Assembly (NCBI GenBank): GCA_002633005.1
Contig: NMRA01000255.1
Coordinates: 59,457 to 102,606, forward strand
Direction: 5' to 3'
Length of the DNA: 43,150 nucleotides
DNA from: Phoronis australis
Lineage: Eukaryota; Animalia; Phoronida
This document shows positions 11,162-23,471 of the stretch, one piece after another. Numbering within the stretch: position 1 is the stretch's first letter; every line of letters starts with the position of its first letter. The notes under the pieces are model-generated. The model did not search any database, was not told the origin of the DNA, and saw only the letters and a list, made by a program, of their open reading frames with translations. The translations under genes and the position numbers were made by a program.

Positions 11162-12829
11162 CCCAGTCAGATACCACTTGGTCTTGATTTTGGTCATGTT
11201 CTTTGAAATATGACGTTGGCTTCGTAAAATGTAACAATGGTACATTTCTCGCATGTGTATTCGACATAAAATGTAAAAACTACGTAAAATGTTACATTTT
11301 AGGAGAGGCTTAGCAACGTGAAATGTAACGATAACGTAAGATGTAACAGTTGTTACATTTTACGAAATTGTTACATTTTCCGTCGTATCAGACGGTCTCA
11401 GTATGCGTCATTTCCAGCTGCATGGTTACAGAAGCCGCTGCCGGGTCACCAGTTCGGACGCAAAGACAAAAGGATTAGAAATAACTTAACTTTATTTCCG
11501 CATCTGATCATGAATGCATGCTTTTTAAAATCTGAAAATTAATCGAAGGAGCAAAGTGGTGGACGCAGTGGCGCAGTTTGGGGGAATGCACGACAGGGTT
11601 GCTGCATTGGCGAGGAGGGTGGTAAAGTGACGGGCGGACAGCAAGAGAATAACAAGACTAGCATCTAACGTTGGTAAAGTACTTCATTATACACAGGATG
11701 TAGAATAACATGTAATTCACAAATATCACGGTATTTTGCGAAGCCTTCATGGCGATCACGTTAAAACGGTCCATTGAATTTTGATTGGTTAAACCAAGCT
11801 CAGCGGACTTTTTAAGCATTGCTCAGCGCATCATTTACTGGTAGTTAATCATTGTTTTGCCAACCATGGCCTTTCAAACCTTACTTACCGTTGCTCACGT
11901 GCCTGAGGCATTGGCTGAAATTCATGCGGACAGGCGCAGGCCAAAAAATGAGCTTGGGTACAGAGTAGAACCAACGATATTTTTCTAGATTAACCGAAAC
12001 CGTGTTTACAACTTTGAACCCCTTCCTCGTCGTGTTATCGACATTTCAACAATTTTTGAAAACCTTTAAAAGTTGAATTAATTTCACAAAATGTGCTATC
12101 GAATGTTTTAAAATTCGTGGCTATACGTCATTCCGATCGTCAGCTGCTTGTATGGAACTCACTTTTTGCAAATTATTTTTTTGCTTTTTACCATCTCTAT
12201 GGAAAAGTGCGTCTTGCAGGAAAATTTGACTAATAATTTTTGCGCCAAGGAAGGCTGTTGATATTGACCAACGGCTACCGTTGTGTCAGTTTGAAGCAGA
12301 TTTCTTATCATTTTCTCTCAAGTCAATAAATCAATACCTACTGAAGTACCTTCCTTCCACCATCTTGTTTACTATTACGTCTAATATACGTCAATGGTTT
12401 ACATCCGTTAAAGAACACTAATATTTTGCTGACGGCACTTCCAAAATCAATTCATTGTCTACCAAACAAAAGCTCTTTATAAGCATTTGTTTACGGATAA
12501 AGGAAATCGACTTGAACAATTGCCTAGTCTATTTGTATCTATCACCTGCAGAATTCCAACACTTGTTTCTAACCTTTGCTTATATTTTTCCGGGCTCAGA
12601 ACAATGGATGATCTCGGATCAGTTTTGAACACAAGCTATTAAGTAATTAAGATATTTACGAATTTAATGCAATTGTCAACCTTCATTGAGTCCAGTCGAG
12701 TTTCATCATTTGTCTTGTTACCTGTCCATTGTCTATACCTAAATTGCATATTTCTGAACTTAATGAATAAAAACTCCATCCATGCATTAAAAAGTGAGCG
12801 CGATTTCGTAGCTCAATGATATTGTTCAC

Positions 12830-15085
12830 TGTCTTTCTACGAGGTAACGTGTCTCAAGTGTTCTAAATACTCTTAAAAGCCACAGTAACATTCAAACACA
12901 CTCTCAGATTTCAGACCACCGTCCTATCCGTTTTTCTTCAAAATCAATAAAGGAACTCTATCCTAAACGCCCTACGCTCGTTTCAAAAACTTACTTTCTC
13001 AATGACTAGCGAAACTGCAACATTATGGAAAAGCTAGACCGCAGCTTAGATTGTGTCCCCAATCACAATTACACAATACTCAGGGATGCTTTGACTAATC
13101 TCACGAAAAATACTTTGGTCCTTAGATGCAATAACCAAAAATACGCGCGGATTACCCCTGGCAACTTAATGTCCATTCATTACAAAGACAAACACTACAA
13201 AGAAACCAAGACAACCCCTCGCAACCCGTAATCCCATGCTACCTTCATCAACAATCTCAAGGTATACAACAAGATTCTTAAAAACTAATTGATTCTGCCG
13301 AGCAATCTTACTACCATGATAAATTTGTAAAAAGTGAAGTCTGAGATGATTAAAACATGGAGTTCAATAAAGGCAGTTATGAAAAACGGTGTACGAACAA
13401 AAATGGTACCCCAGAGTACACTTTACATTCAGATAACACTACAACCATTGACCTACCGATATGGCAAGTCTATTCAACACCTATCCTACCCAAGTCGGCC
13501 ACCCCTTTCCGAATCAATAACTATGACAAACAACAAGAATTTCAAAGACCATTTTCCCACGACAAACAAACTTAAATTCTCTTTTAAACAGATAAAAATA
13601 AACATGCACAACATATTACAAGGGACATGGGTAAAAATAAATATCAATGGTAACGATAACTTATCCAAAATTATCAAAATAAGCAACTTTATAATTGAAC
13701 CTCTCACGGCCATCATCAACCAATGCTTGCATACCGGTATATTTCCAAATGATCTTAAGATTGCAACAACATGGTTAGCACCCAGAGCACCCTGGCAATT
13801 ATAGACCTATTTCCATTCTCCCCACAGTTTAAAGAATTATCGAAAAAAATTATCTATACACAACCTTAAAATTTCCTAAACGATATTTTTATAAAGATCA
13901 ATATGGGCTTCAGGAAATTTCACTCTACAGAGCTTGCTTCCCTTGGACTTTAAGACCACATTTGTTCCCATCTTGATAACGACAGGAGACCCCTGGTCAA
14001 CTTTCTCGCTCTCTAAAACTTTCGACACCATAGACCAACAACATAAATCACCACGGTATTACCAGAATTGAATATACACTTTTTAATAGTTATCTGTCAA
14101 ATCGCACCCAATATGTTTCCCTGGAGGTCCCACTTCCAGTTGGTTACCAATAGCTACCGGAGTTCCCCAAGGTTATATTCTTGGGCCACTTCTCTTCTTA
14201 ATTTACATCCAGGATCTCCCGTATTCTTCTCCCATGGACACTTGTCTCGTCACACCTTACAAACTCACTGAATCTTCCCAACACATTTTACAACAATCAG
14301 CCACTATCAACAAAAACCTGGAATCTGTTTTAGTCTGGTTTTTCGTGAACAAGCTTTCAATTAATACATCAAAAATCAAATTAATGGTCTTCCACAACAC
14401 CCAAAAAAAAGCTGAAAAAATATTATTCCCACCAGCAAAATAATCAGTCACGTCTACGATTTCCTTTTCTTTTAGTATTACCGTTGACAAAAAACTCTCG
14501 CGGTGCCCTCGCATAAACCCCATTTCAAACAAACTTAACAAACTCGGTGGACTCATGTATATAATTTGAAATCTTATATTCCTCTACCGACTTTCAGGTT
14601 CATGTATAATTCACTTGTCCTCCCATATTTAAACTACGACCCTACAACTTGGGAGTTTGGTATCACTAAGAAACCCCAGACAGTCTAGAAGGGAACCGTT
14701 CGGAATATATCACATTCCAAGTACTATGCTCACACTCTACCCATATGTAAGGAACTTCACGTCCCACTACTTCAATATATCTTGAAATATAATCCCAGCT
14801 GCAAATTTTTACTAAACATTCCTCAATAATCAGCTATTTAAGTATGTTTACACAAAAGACTTCTTCAGAAGACCGATCCAATATAAACCAACCACAAACA
14901 TGAAACTTCTTCTTGGTACCCGAATCAATATTCTACTGGTATTCCGACAATGGAAGGCAAAATTTTAATTCCCCCATCCAACAAATAGTCATCAAAAGCA
15001 TGTATCAGATTTGAAATTACTCGCCTAATTAATTACAACAAAATACCAGTCTCTGCTAACATTTAGCAAATTAGTTGCAACTACG
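12830..15085 (+). mobile_element. Non-LTR retrotransposon (CR1/L2/Crack-group LINE) ORF2 relic with many frameshifts
   Basis: Motifs in order across frames: ISDHRPI (APE endonuclease end, 12908), RITPGNLMSIHYKDKHYK, KTWSSIK, EPLTAIINQCLHTGIFPNDLKIA, NYRPISILP, QYG.RKFHSTELA, SKTFDTID, GVPQGYILGPLLFLIYIQDLP, WFFVNKLSINTSKIKLMVF, SKYYAHTLPICKEL. Confidence 0.9.
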
Positions 15086-15096
15086 ATCAAATCTCA

Positions 15097-15262
15097 CTCT
15101 CTCTCTCTCTCTCTNNNNNNNNNNNNNNNNNNNNNNNNNNNNNNNNNNNNNNNNNNNNNNNNNNNNNNNNNNNNNNNNNNNNNNNNNNNNNNNNNNNNNN
15201 NNNNNNNNNNNNNNNNNNNNNNNNNNNNNNNNNNNNNNNNNCTCTCTCTCTCTCTCTCTCTC
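15097..15262. repeat. (CT)n microsatellite spanning an assembly gap (N at 15115-15241)
   Basis: ctctct on both sides of 127 Ns. Confidence 0.95.
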
Positions 15263-16126
15263 AAAACAGCAAAAAGCGAATCCATGTTATAAAATCCAGA
15301 AACAGAGGCGTGACATTGAAACACTTTCCATCTCAGTCATGAGGTAGAGCTTGATATTGTATTTGTAATATAAACAAGACAGAATGTATATTTGTGCAAC
15401 TGTGTCAAGGTTTTCGTTCACATTAAATTGAGCAAATTACTCCGCAAACTTCACTCGTTCACTCAAAAAGATAAAAATTATACCACATCGTCTCCAGCAG
15501 AGTGTCGATGAAAGTACGACTTGGCTGTTTATTGAGCCTACTTGACCTTCTTACGGAAAGCGTAATCTTTTGGTTGAGCGTGCCTGGACACAGATACATG
15601 TATGTGCGACAGCCTTTATTCTGGTCCCCAACCCAGACCCTTTTAGCGTTTGAGTCAGGTGCAGATCTCGACTATATGGTTCTTAGTTGGTCAATCGACG
15701 ATGACGTCAACCAGTTTATTTATATCAGCTGAACATAAAAACGCAACCTTAACTGGGGTAACTTGGATAATCCAGACAATAAAGAACCATACAAAAGTTG
15801 GGATTACCATGGTCACACAGGTCACTCAAGCTCCTAACTCTGTTACGGTACAAGCATGCACTCTGTTGTCGTATTAAGTACAGATTATCCGAAAAAGGAA
15901 CAGTATGTAATTACAAACATTGGACATCGTATCGATATGAAAATTCAAAAATAAGAGAAACGAGAAAAAATACCGAGCATGAGAGAAGTGAGAAACAATC
16001 TGAAATTTTGAAATAACCATACAAACCAGACCATAGTTTCATATAGTAAAAAATCTGACCAAATGGTCTTGTTTTCGAGAGCTACACCTAACTCAAATGA
16101 CGATTGAGTCTATATTCAATAAAAGC

Positions 16127-16132
16127 TTTATT
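16127..16132 (-). terminator. Candidate AATAAA polyadenylation signal of the olfactomedin gene
   Basis: tttatt on + (AATAAA on -), ~215 nt after the stop. Confidence 0.45.
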
Positions 16133-16347
16133 ATCGCTCCTGTGGGCTGGAAATGAACATTTTATCTGCTGTGCGTAATTGACTTAGCTCATCCATTTGT
16201 ACATCAAACACCTCCCACTATCCGTAAAAAGGTCAATTGGTCGAGTATTATGTTGAAACAGAAACAAGTCGTTTCATTGTCAAATACAACAATTTGAAAT
16301 TGATACTTAAGAGCGAGAATTTTTGAGAATGTCAGGCCAATTGAACA

Positions 16348-17144
16348 TTAAAAATTAACTGCAACTTTGTACTGTTTGTTGCTATCGTATGCGTACAGCA
16401 CTTTGTCGCGATGGTCATAATGCGTATGTGCGTTGTAGCCAGCATTTTGGAACGCCATTGTGTTGGACGTGTCAGTGCTTCTGGTGGTGAAGTCCAAGAT
16501 ATGAGATATGGTTGTTGTCGAGGCGCTGTAACTGGATGTGAGATACATGCGCGCGCATATCATGAACGCCTGTCCTTTTCCACTTTTGGATACGTCGGTG
16601 TGCCATGTGTCAAGAATGGAATATGTCAGTGGGTCGATCTTGCTGATTGACAACAAACATCCGCTGTCGGGCCAAATGATGTACAGTCCCGTACTATCGG
16701 CTTCTACATCCACCGCGGAACCTCCACCCCATTGGTAACTGCACGAAGCGGCTGTGCGCGTTGTTGTCCCATCCGAAACGCTTGACAGAGAAATCGTATG
16801 AACTTTTGTTCGCGCATTAAGATCGTACACCATGACTGATTTCACGTCCGTGCACATTTGACAGTACAGCTTTCCTCCATAAACGAGCCAGCTCGCGCCA
16901 CAACAGTTGTCAGAAAGGGTAATCGTGATGCTCCTTGTGTTGCTGATGTAATCGGCTTGGTTGGGGTATACCTTTAGCGTATTTCTTGAACTGTAACCAT
17001 CCATAAAGTAAAACATCGACTCGCCGGCAGGTGTCAGAGCATCTTTGCTGATCATTCCTTGGCTGCAACATCCGCGGCTGGTGGTCAGATCAACCCTGGG
17101 GTACGTGAAACTGGTGGCATGACTACATGTCTGATTTGGAGGCG
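16348..17144 (-). CDS. PAN-OLF-OLF secreted protein, exon 3 (terminal): olfactomedin domain 2
   Basis: Acceptor ttcttattcatttcag| (phase 1) reads APPNQTCSH...GCCSQG into the ORF 16348-17055. A gapless alignment to exon 2 gives 150/235 identical residues (hand count). TAA stop at 16350-16348. Confidence 0.9.
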
Positions 17145-17274
17145 CTGAAATGAATAAGAAAATAGGTTTTTGTTACTATCTAAATCTAGGTTATGGGCCT
17201 CAATAGAAAAAGTTTCTGATCACCAGTACGATATTCCGCATTTGGACGCTATTCAAATCACTTTTTGATAAAAA

Positions 17275-17316
17275 TGTCCTCTAGTAATTTGAACGTGTCC
17301 TCTAGTAATTTGAACG
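17275..17316. repeat. Perfect 21-bp tandem duplication
   Basis: tgtcctctagtaatttgaacg x2. Confidence 0.9.
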
Positions 17317-20300
17317 TAACCCGATCACAATCCCTGTCAAGCCATTGTTTGTGTGAAGGAGTGAAAGGGGAAGCATACCACACAGTATTTTGCCTCCCAA
17401 AACAATGCGATCACCTATACCTTTTGAGTAGATTTTCACTGTTCTATTTTAATTTGAAACAGGCCTTCGTTTCGCAAAGAGAGTGCGTTCGGTACTTTTA
17501 CACCTCAGCCATGATGAAAACAAACTACAGTATTTTATGTTGACCAAGCACACCGTAACTCCGAATGAATGTTGAACGTTGAAAATAAAATGGACAGTGG
17601 ATAAATGAAACCTGAAAACGGGTACGCCTTACCGAAGCCTACTCGTCTTTACATGAGCTGCTCGTGCGTGATATTGGTAAGGAACTAAAGCCATGGACTC
17701 ATACAAAATGATGAATTCAGTTTTCTGGCAACATAAAAATGCACCGTTTGAGAATATAAGGCTATGGGCTTATACACTATTCGAATATGAGACCTGATTA
17801 TTTTTTCAGATGTAAGAGTATTTAGTTCTTTTTATTTCGTGAATGAATATGTTTTTTCACACAAGGACATAACTTGTGGGGCGTGCCGGGGTCTGAATCC
17901 CCACAATCGATAGTTATCGACTTATTTGGGCGAATAAAAAGTTTTAAGCGTTTTTCCAAATTAAGTTTCCAAATTTGAAAATTTTGCAAAACTGCGGACT
18001 TTTGTTCGTTTGTATTAAATTTGCACTACCCATAATTGTGTTTTTCTCAGTAATATGGTCGAATTTTGTTGTCAGTTTTTCCTCGCAATGGGATTTTCAC
18101 GTGTTGCTATGCGTAAAAATAAACAAAGATGAGCTACTCACAAGTTCATGATCATAACCGCCGAAAAATTTTAGATTTGCTCTGAGACCGTTGCACAATG
18201 ACAATATACAGTTAAGCAGGGTAAGAGCTTAGGGGATAGAATTAATGAGGCCGATGAAATATCTACCCCAGTTTCGTTCCCAAGATATTAAAAGGTCGAC
18301 AGCAACAAAGAATACATGGCAAACTCAAGTCTTTTTGTTTGACTGGTTTCAAGGCCGTAGGAAGCCCACAGTTACTGAAATATAAACGTGTTTGTGGAGT
18401 GGTAGTGTTTTTGCTCGTAAAAAGATTCGAGCCTCCATCAAGTGAATTCCATCTGGACAGATAATCAATCTACTTAGTAGAAATTACCTGCCCCATATTA
18501 TTGTCAAAAATGGCTTGACAGGGATGTGTATGATTGACATGCTCGAGTACTAGTTGATTATACCGCAGCAGTAACTTTGACCATTTTAGTTTTTGACAAG
18601 ATATTTACTGTCCTTTATTATGTTCAAAATGGCTTAAGATTTTAATGGGTTCTTGACAGAGATATGAGATATATGGCTGGGATGCACCCGCACCAGTCAA
18701 TTTTCAGCTTTGAAATCTAAGCGGCCAAATTAGTCTAATTATGTTGCATGAAACGTTTTCACCCTTAGAAACATCTATACTGAGTTGCCGTATAAGAAAC
18801 GACTCAACATTTCCAAGGTTTCATTTGTATATGTGCCAGAGAAAGCGACTAAAACTTCTGATTCATAAATAATTTTTTTCAGTTGCAAACAGAGCTTGCA
18901 ACAAGTCCATGCTTCATTTAAGTCTGAATATGCTGATTGCATACACTACAAGATCTTTGCTCAGTCAGTCTCGCCCAATTGCCCTCCGCCTTTTTGATTG
19001 TTATAACTGTTACTAAGTTGTGAATTCTAAACCAACGAGTTCGACGTCCATAAAATTACGCTCGTAACATACACTCGTGAAGTACGCCCGCAATTTTCGG
19101 GCGTACTGAGCGTGCATAAAGAACTATCGGAAGTTACGATCGTAAAACACTGACGTAAAAACTGCATTGCCTACCTAGTCGGTAGTCTGGTCAAAGCTAG
19201 TAACTTCAAGAAGTCTACCCATCCAATAATAGTCCCACAAAATGCATTGTTTTGCCGTAAAACTGACAAAGCCCTTTTAAGCGATCTAGAAACTATAATT
19301 GTTTTTCAAAAATTATCAACAGAATTAATTCTTTATTTTTACAATGAACAAGTTTGGAGAAAATTACTAACTTCACCCCATTTCTTCAAAAAATCCCAAA
19401 AAGGACGGTCCCAAAACTTCCCAACAAAAGTCTGAAAATTTGTCTCGAAACAGTCTGCAAATAGCAAGAGAATTTTCGATTTTTTTGTTCAGCACAAAAA
19501 ACACATAATGTCCGTTGAATCTGACCCTCATGTGATGCCATATCACATAATGCTTAAGCTGGCCTTTGACCGAAGCATCTATCTCACCGCACGTGGCATT
19601 TAGGGTAACACAGCAGTTGGTCACGTGATATTTAAGAAATTCTAATTGTTAAACGTGCACTAATTAGCTGATTCTTTCGATTTGTGATATTTACCGTTCC
19701 TTGACTAGCAAAATGAAGTAGGAAAACGTAAAATAGACTGAAATAAGTAGATTAAAGTAACCGATTATCGTTACTATGTTAAACAGGGTTAAGTATCTCT
19801 TTAAAATGTTGGAACAAGTGTTGCAATTCCCTTAGTTAGGCTTTGCCATCCAATCATAGCTTGGACTATCGATAGGACAGACGGATGGGAAAGAAAGACA
19901 CAAAGTGGGAAAGACGGAAGCAATGGGAAGGATGAAAGCATTGGTGAGAACGAAGCTGTGTAAGAAGTGCCATTAAAACGTGCAGAGAACAGCAGCTTTC
20001 GAAGAAGTCATCGTTCGCAAAATCCCAGCAACTGCATGGAAAGACGGTCGAATCACGTGTTTTCAGGAATTGATGAATATTTTACACAAAATTTAATTAG
20101 TTTTTTTTTTCGTGCGGGCGTACAATAGACACGCGACACGACAATGGCATTCAGTAACGCGAACTGCGATCACAAAATAAAAAGAGAACCCGTTCTTCCC
20201 TATTTTTCTTCCATCCGTTCCATCTGAAATTCCGCCCATCGTGTTTTCTGCCCGTCCTAAGTCCTTCCAATCACAAGGCCCATCCTTCCCAACGACACTT

Positions 20301-20536
20301 CGAGTTTTTAAAAATAGTTGATCAATAAAGTCTCAGTAATGATACAATAAATTAACCGTGAATTGAAAATACTTGAATTGTCACCGAATGACTGTTATAT
20401 AATTTTGCTCATTGGTATCACTGAACTGTTTTACAAAAAGGCATTCGTTTCCAGCCGGACAAATTCATAAGCGTGGACGTAAGCACATGGCTGTACGTAC
20501 GGCACACAGCTTACTTAGATTTCATGCAGTACTCAC

Positions 20537-21334
20537 CATTGTAAGCAATACTGACTTTGTATTGCTTATTGTTGTCGTAAGCAAGAAGCACGTCATCTTT
20601 GTAGTCGTAATGCGTATGTGAGTTGTAGCCAGCGTTTTGAAACGCCATTGAGCCAGACGAGTCGATGTTTCTGGTCTTGAAGTCGAAGATATAAGCCACA
20701 TTGGTTATTGAAGCACTGTAACTCGTAGTAAGATACATTCTGCCACAAAGCATGAATGCTTGGCCCTTCCCACTTTTGGATACATCGGTGTGCCACGTTT
20801 CTGTGATTGCATAGGTTCGTGAGTCAATCTTACTTATGGAGATTTTGCAGCCAGAATCAGCCCAAATTAGGTAGAGTCCTGTAGTATCGGCAGCTACATC
20901 TATATACGAATACCCACCCCAAGAATAAGAGCATGTAGCGCCATCACGAGACGAAGTACCATCGGACACACTGATTAGCGAAATGGTAGCAATTTGAGAC
21001 TTAGAGTCCATATCATACACCATAACATTTTTGCCATTTGAGCACATTTGACAGTAGAGCTTTCCACCAAAGACAAGCCAACTGGACCCGCAGCACGTTT
21101 GAGGCAGCGTTGTCGAGGCACCGTTTACGTCATTAACATAGTCGATTTCGTTCGGGTATTCCTTGATGGAATTTATAGAACTATATCCGCTCATGATATA
21201 GAACTTAGACACTCCACTGGACGTCTTGGCGTCTTTACTGATCATGCCCTGGGTGTTTGCACCTCGCCCAGTAGTGATGTCCACGCGCGGGTACACGAAA
21301 GCAACCGGGTGGTAACACACGGGTGGAGGTGTTT
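20537..21334 (-). CDS. PAN-OLF-OLF secreted protein, exon 2: olfactomedin domain 1
   Basis: Acceptor ttttaatttcag| and donor G|GTGAGT; 798 nt, phase 1-1. OLF motifs LVFGGKLY, YSWGGYSYIDVAADTTGLYLIW, ISKID..T....TW.T, AFMLCGRMY, Y...D.VL.AYD. Confidence 0.9.
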
Positions 21335-22401
21335 CTGAAATTAAAAACACTTTCCATTAAATAATCCATTTTGCCCAATGCGCCCCGGAGATTCGGAAAA
21401 CAGTTATAACATTTAAACTCCGTTTAACTTGGCGTAAACAATTCAAAACCAGTTGTAACAGTGTTGTGACTATAAGGTGGTTTTAGGGTGGGTTGACGAG
21501 CGTCAAACGGTTATTGAATTTGAAAAAAAGTAGTGATACTGACCATTAGTGACAAGAACCAGGGAGTTGTGTTACAACAATTCAATAGTCGAGATTGCAT
21601 AAAGCTGGATCTGTTAATGAATTGTAATACCCAATTTAGATAATGTGAAACCCCGCGAGAATCAGTACGGAGACCAGCAGTCACGCATATGTTAATGGAT
21701 GGGAAATCAGTGTTGACGCTGAAGTGGACCGGGTTGGTTAAAACGACATTATCGGCGACGATATTATATATTTGAGGTCAGCCCCACGACGGATTAAAAC
21801 ACATGACCTCAGCAGTCACAGTCCGACAGATTGCTAAATGCCAATGTGGCTAGTATCCGAGTATTTCAATTGTCTTTAATTGGTCATCAGACGCGCTTCC
21901 ATTCAATCCCAAGCCAACCTCGGCAATCAGTGATTTTTCATAAAATAACAAAACGGATTTGTTGTAGCTCTGGTCAAAGCCATCTGTCCTACCCCTCAAT
22001 GTTCCCAAAATGCGTTTTCGGCCAAAAAACCGAAGCGATTACGTCCCTTTAGAGCATATACACTGGACAAAACAAAGGTGTTATACTGTAAATTAGTTTT
22101 GTCGATGCCGTGCAACTACTAAAAGTATTCCGGCGGTAGATAACGCCTGGAGCACGTGTGTAGAAACTTTGCAAGAAAAATTCATAGCGATATTTTTCGA
22201 CTGTACATGAACATATCAAACATCTTTGTCGAAATTTTCGACAACGTACGATTCTTTGGAAAATGTCTTGGGAAAGCTTCGATTCGTGTTTGGCGAGCTC
22301 TGCATTTTTGAATTTTCATGCAACCCACCCCAGCTGAGGAAAATTTGAATAAATATTCAACTTGAATGGTACAGTTACAAAATGTACTGGCACTGCCATA
22401 C

Positions 22402-22708
22402 CTATCGGCTGAGTAACTTCCCAAAAGTCCCATCCTTCCGCTTCCTGTGACGTGGATTCAAACTGCTCACAAATCTCACACGTATTATTTCCAGCAAAGT
22501 AGTTCACCCCTCCACAGGACGACAAGTAAGTCAGACGAGTATCCAGACACTTTGTGAAACACGCCTTCAAATGTGGAACGATAACGGAATTTTGAATAGC
22601 GCCAACAGCTCGGAAATTGGTCTTCTTTTCCAAATACGCGTGCCGTTCATTATTACAGTTGACTTCACTTGTGGCAAGCAAAAATACTGCAAGAACAATA
22701 ACAAACAT
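22402..22708 (-). CDS. PAN-OLF-OLF secreted protein, exon 1: signal peptide + PAN/Apple domain
   Basis: First in-frame ATG is at 22708 (the track start at 22744 is TTG). Signal peptide MFVIVLAVFLLATSEVNC. PAN-type pattern CFTKC...SCGGVNY...NTCEIC...GWDFW. Phase-1 donor G|GTATGG at 22401. Confidence 0.85.
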
Positions 22709-23471
22709 GACTGCGAAGGATCTATCTCGGAGCTTTTGATGCAAAGGGTAGTTGTCAGAGATTTTTAAGCCATCAACAACGTATCATGCTTCGCGCTCAT
22801 TGGCCACTGCCATATTCACGGACAAAACCGAACATGCTTTTGTTCTTGGGCAGTGATCACGCTGGTCACTTTGACGTTAGGTATATTGTTTTGAAAAACC
22901 GATGTATTGATAATCCTTTTTAAGCAAATAACGATGATGAATATTTTATGAGAAATTCTCTCTTGCGAAACCACTTTCGTGCTCCGTGGCAACACGAACC
23001 CAGTCGATTAAATCCACATTGCATTCATACATGACTTTTGCTGGTCAGGTATGAACAAGAACTGCTGTTGATTGTGTTCAACAGAAAGTTTCCAGCAACA
23101 AGATAACCTAATTTTTGCATGAGTCAGATAATAAATAAGTTAAAAAATACTGTGGTATCGTTCAACAACTATATATGGTTGCAACCGCTCTACAAGGATA
23201 ACACCAACCTAAGACTTCCCTTGTTTGCAACAACTGCTATTGTGAGAATTATTAGAACGGCAGATGTGTTAGGTTTACCAAATTCTTCACCGTTTGTTTC
23301 ATTCTATATTTTTATCAACACAAGTAGTGTTTTTCAGGCATTATTTTTCCAAGCGGACTATGGCCAATAGACTTTCAAGTGGTTAAACATTACGGAACCT
23401 TTCTGATCTCAGGTTAAATTGTCACGACGTCATTTCTGAAACTGGAATCTCTGTTGGAATCTTGATTACAG

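Larger units (their letters stand above)
8693..11390. mobile_element. 2.7-kb non-autonomous DNA transposon with ~190-bp TIRs, TG...CA termini and an exact 6-bp TSD GACGGT
   Basis: Left TIR 8693-8889 and right TIR 11204-11390 are reverse complements built from AAAATGTAAC/GTTACATTTTACG subrepeats. Termini are tgatacg...cgtatca. gacggt occurs at 8687-8692 and 11391-11396. No long internal ORF. Confidence 0.9.

Noticed and set aside
13025-14556. ORFs as host genes
   Set aside because: They are fragments (or antisense frames) of the frameshifted LINE ORF2.
22709-22744. Track start MHQKLRDRSFAV
   Set aside because: Begins with TTG. The first ATG (22708) starts directly at the signal peptide.
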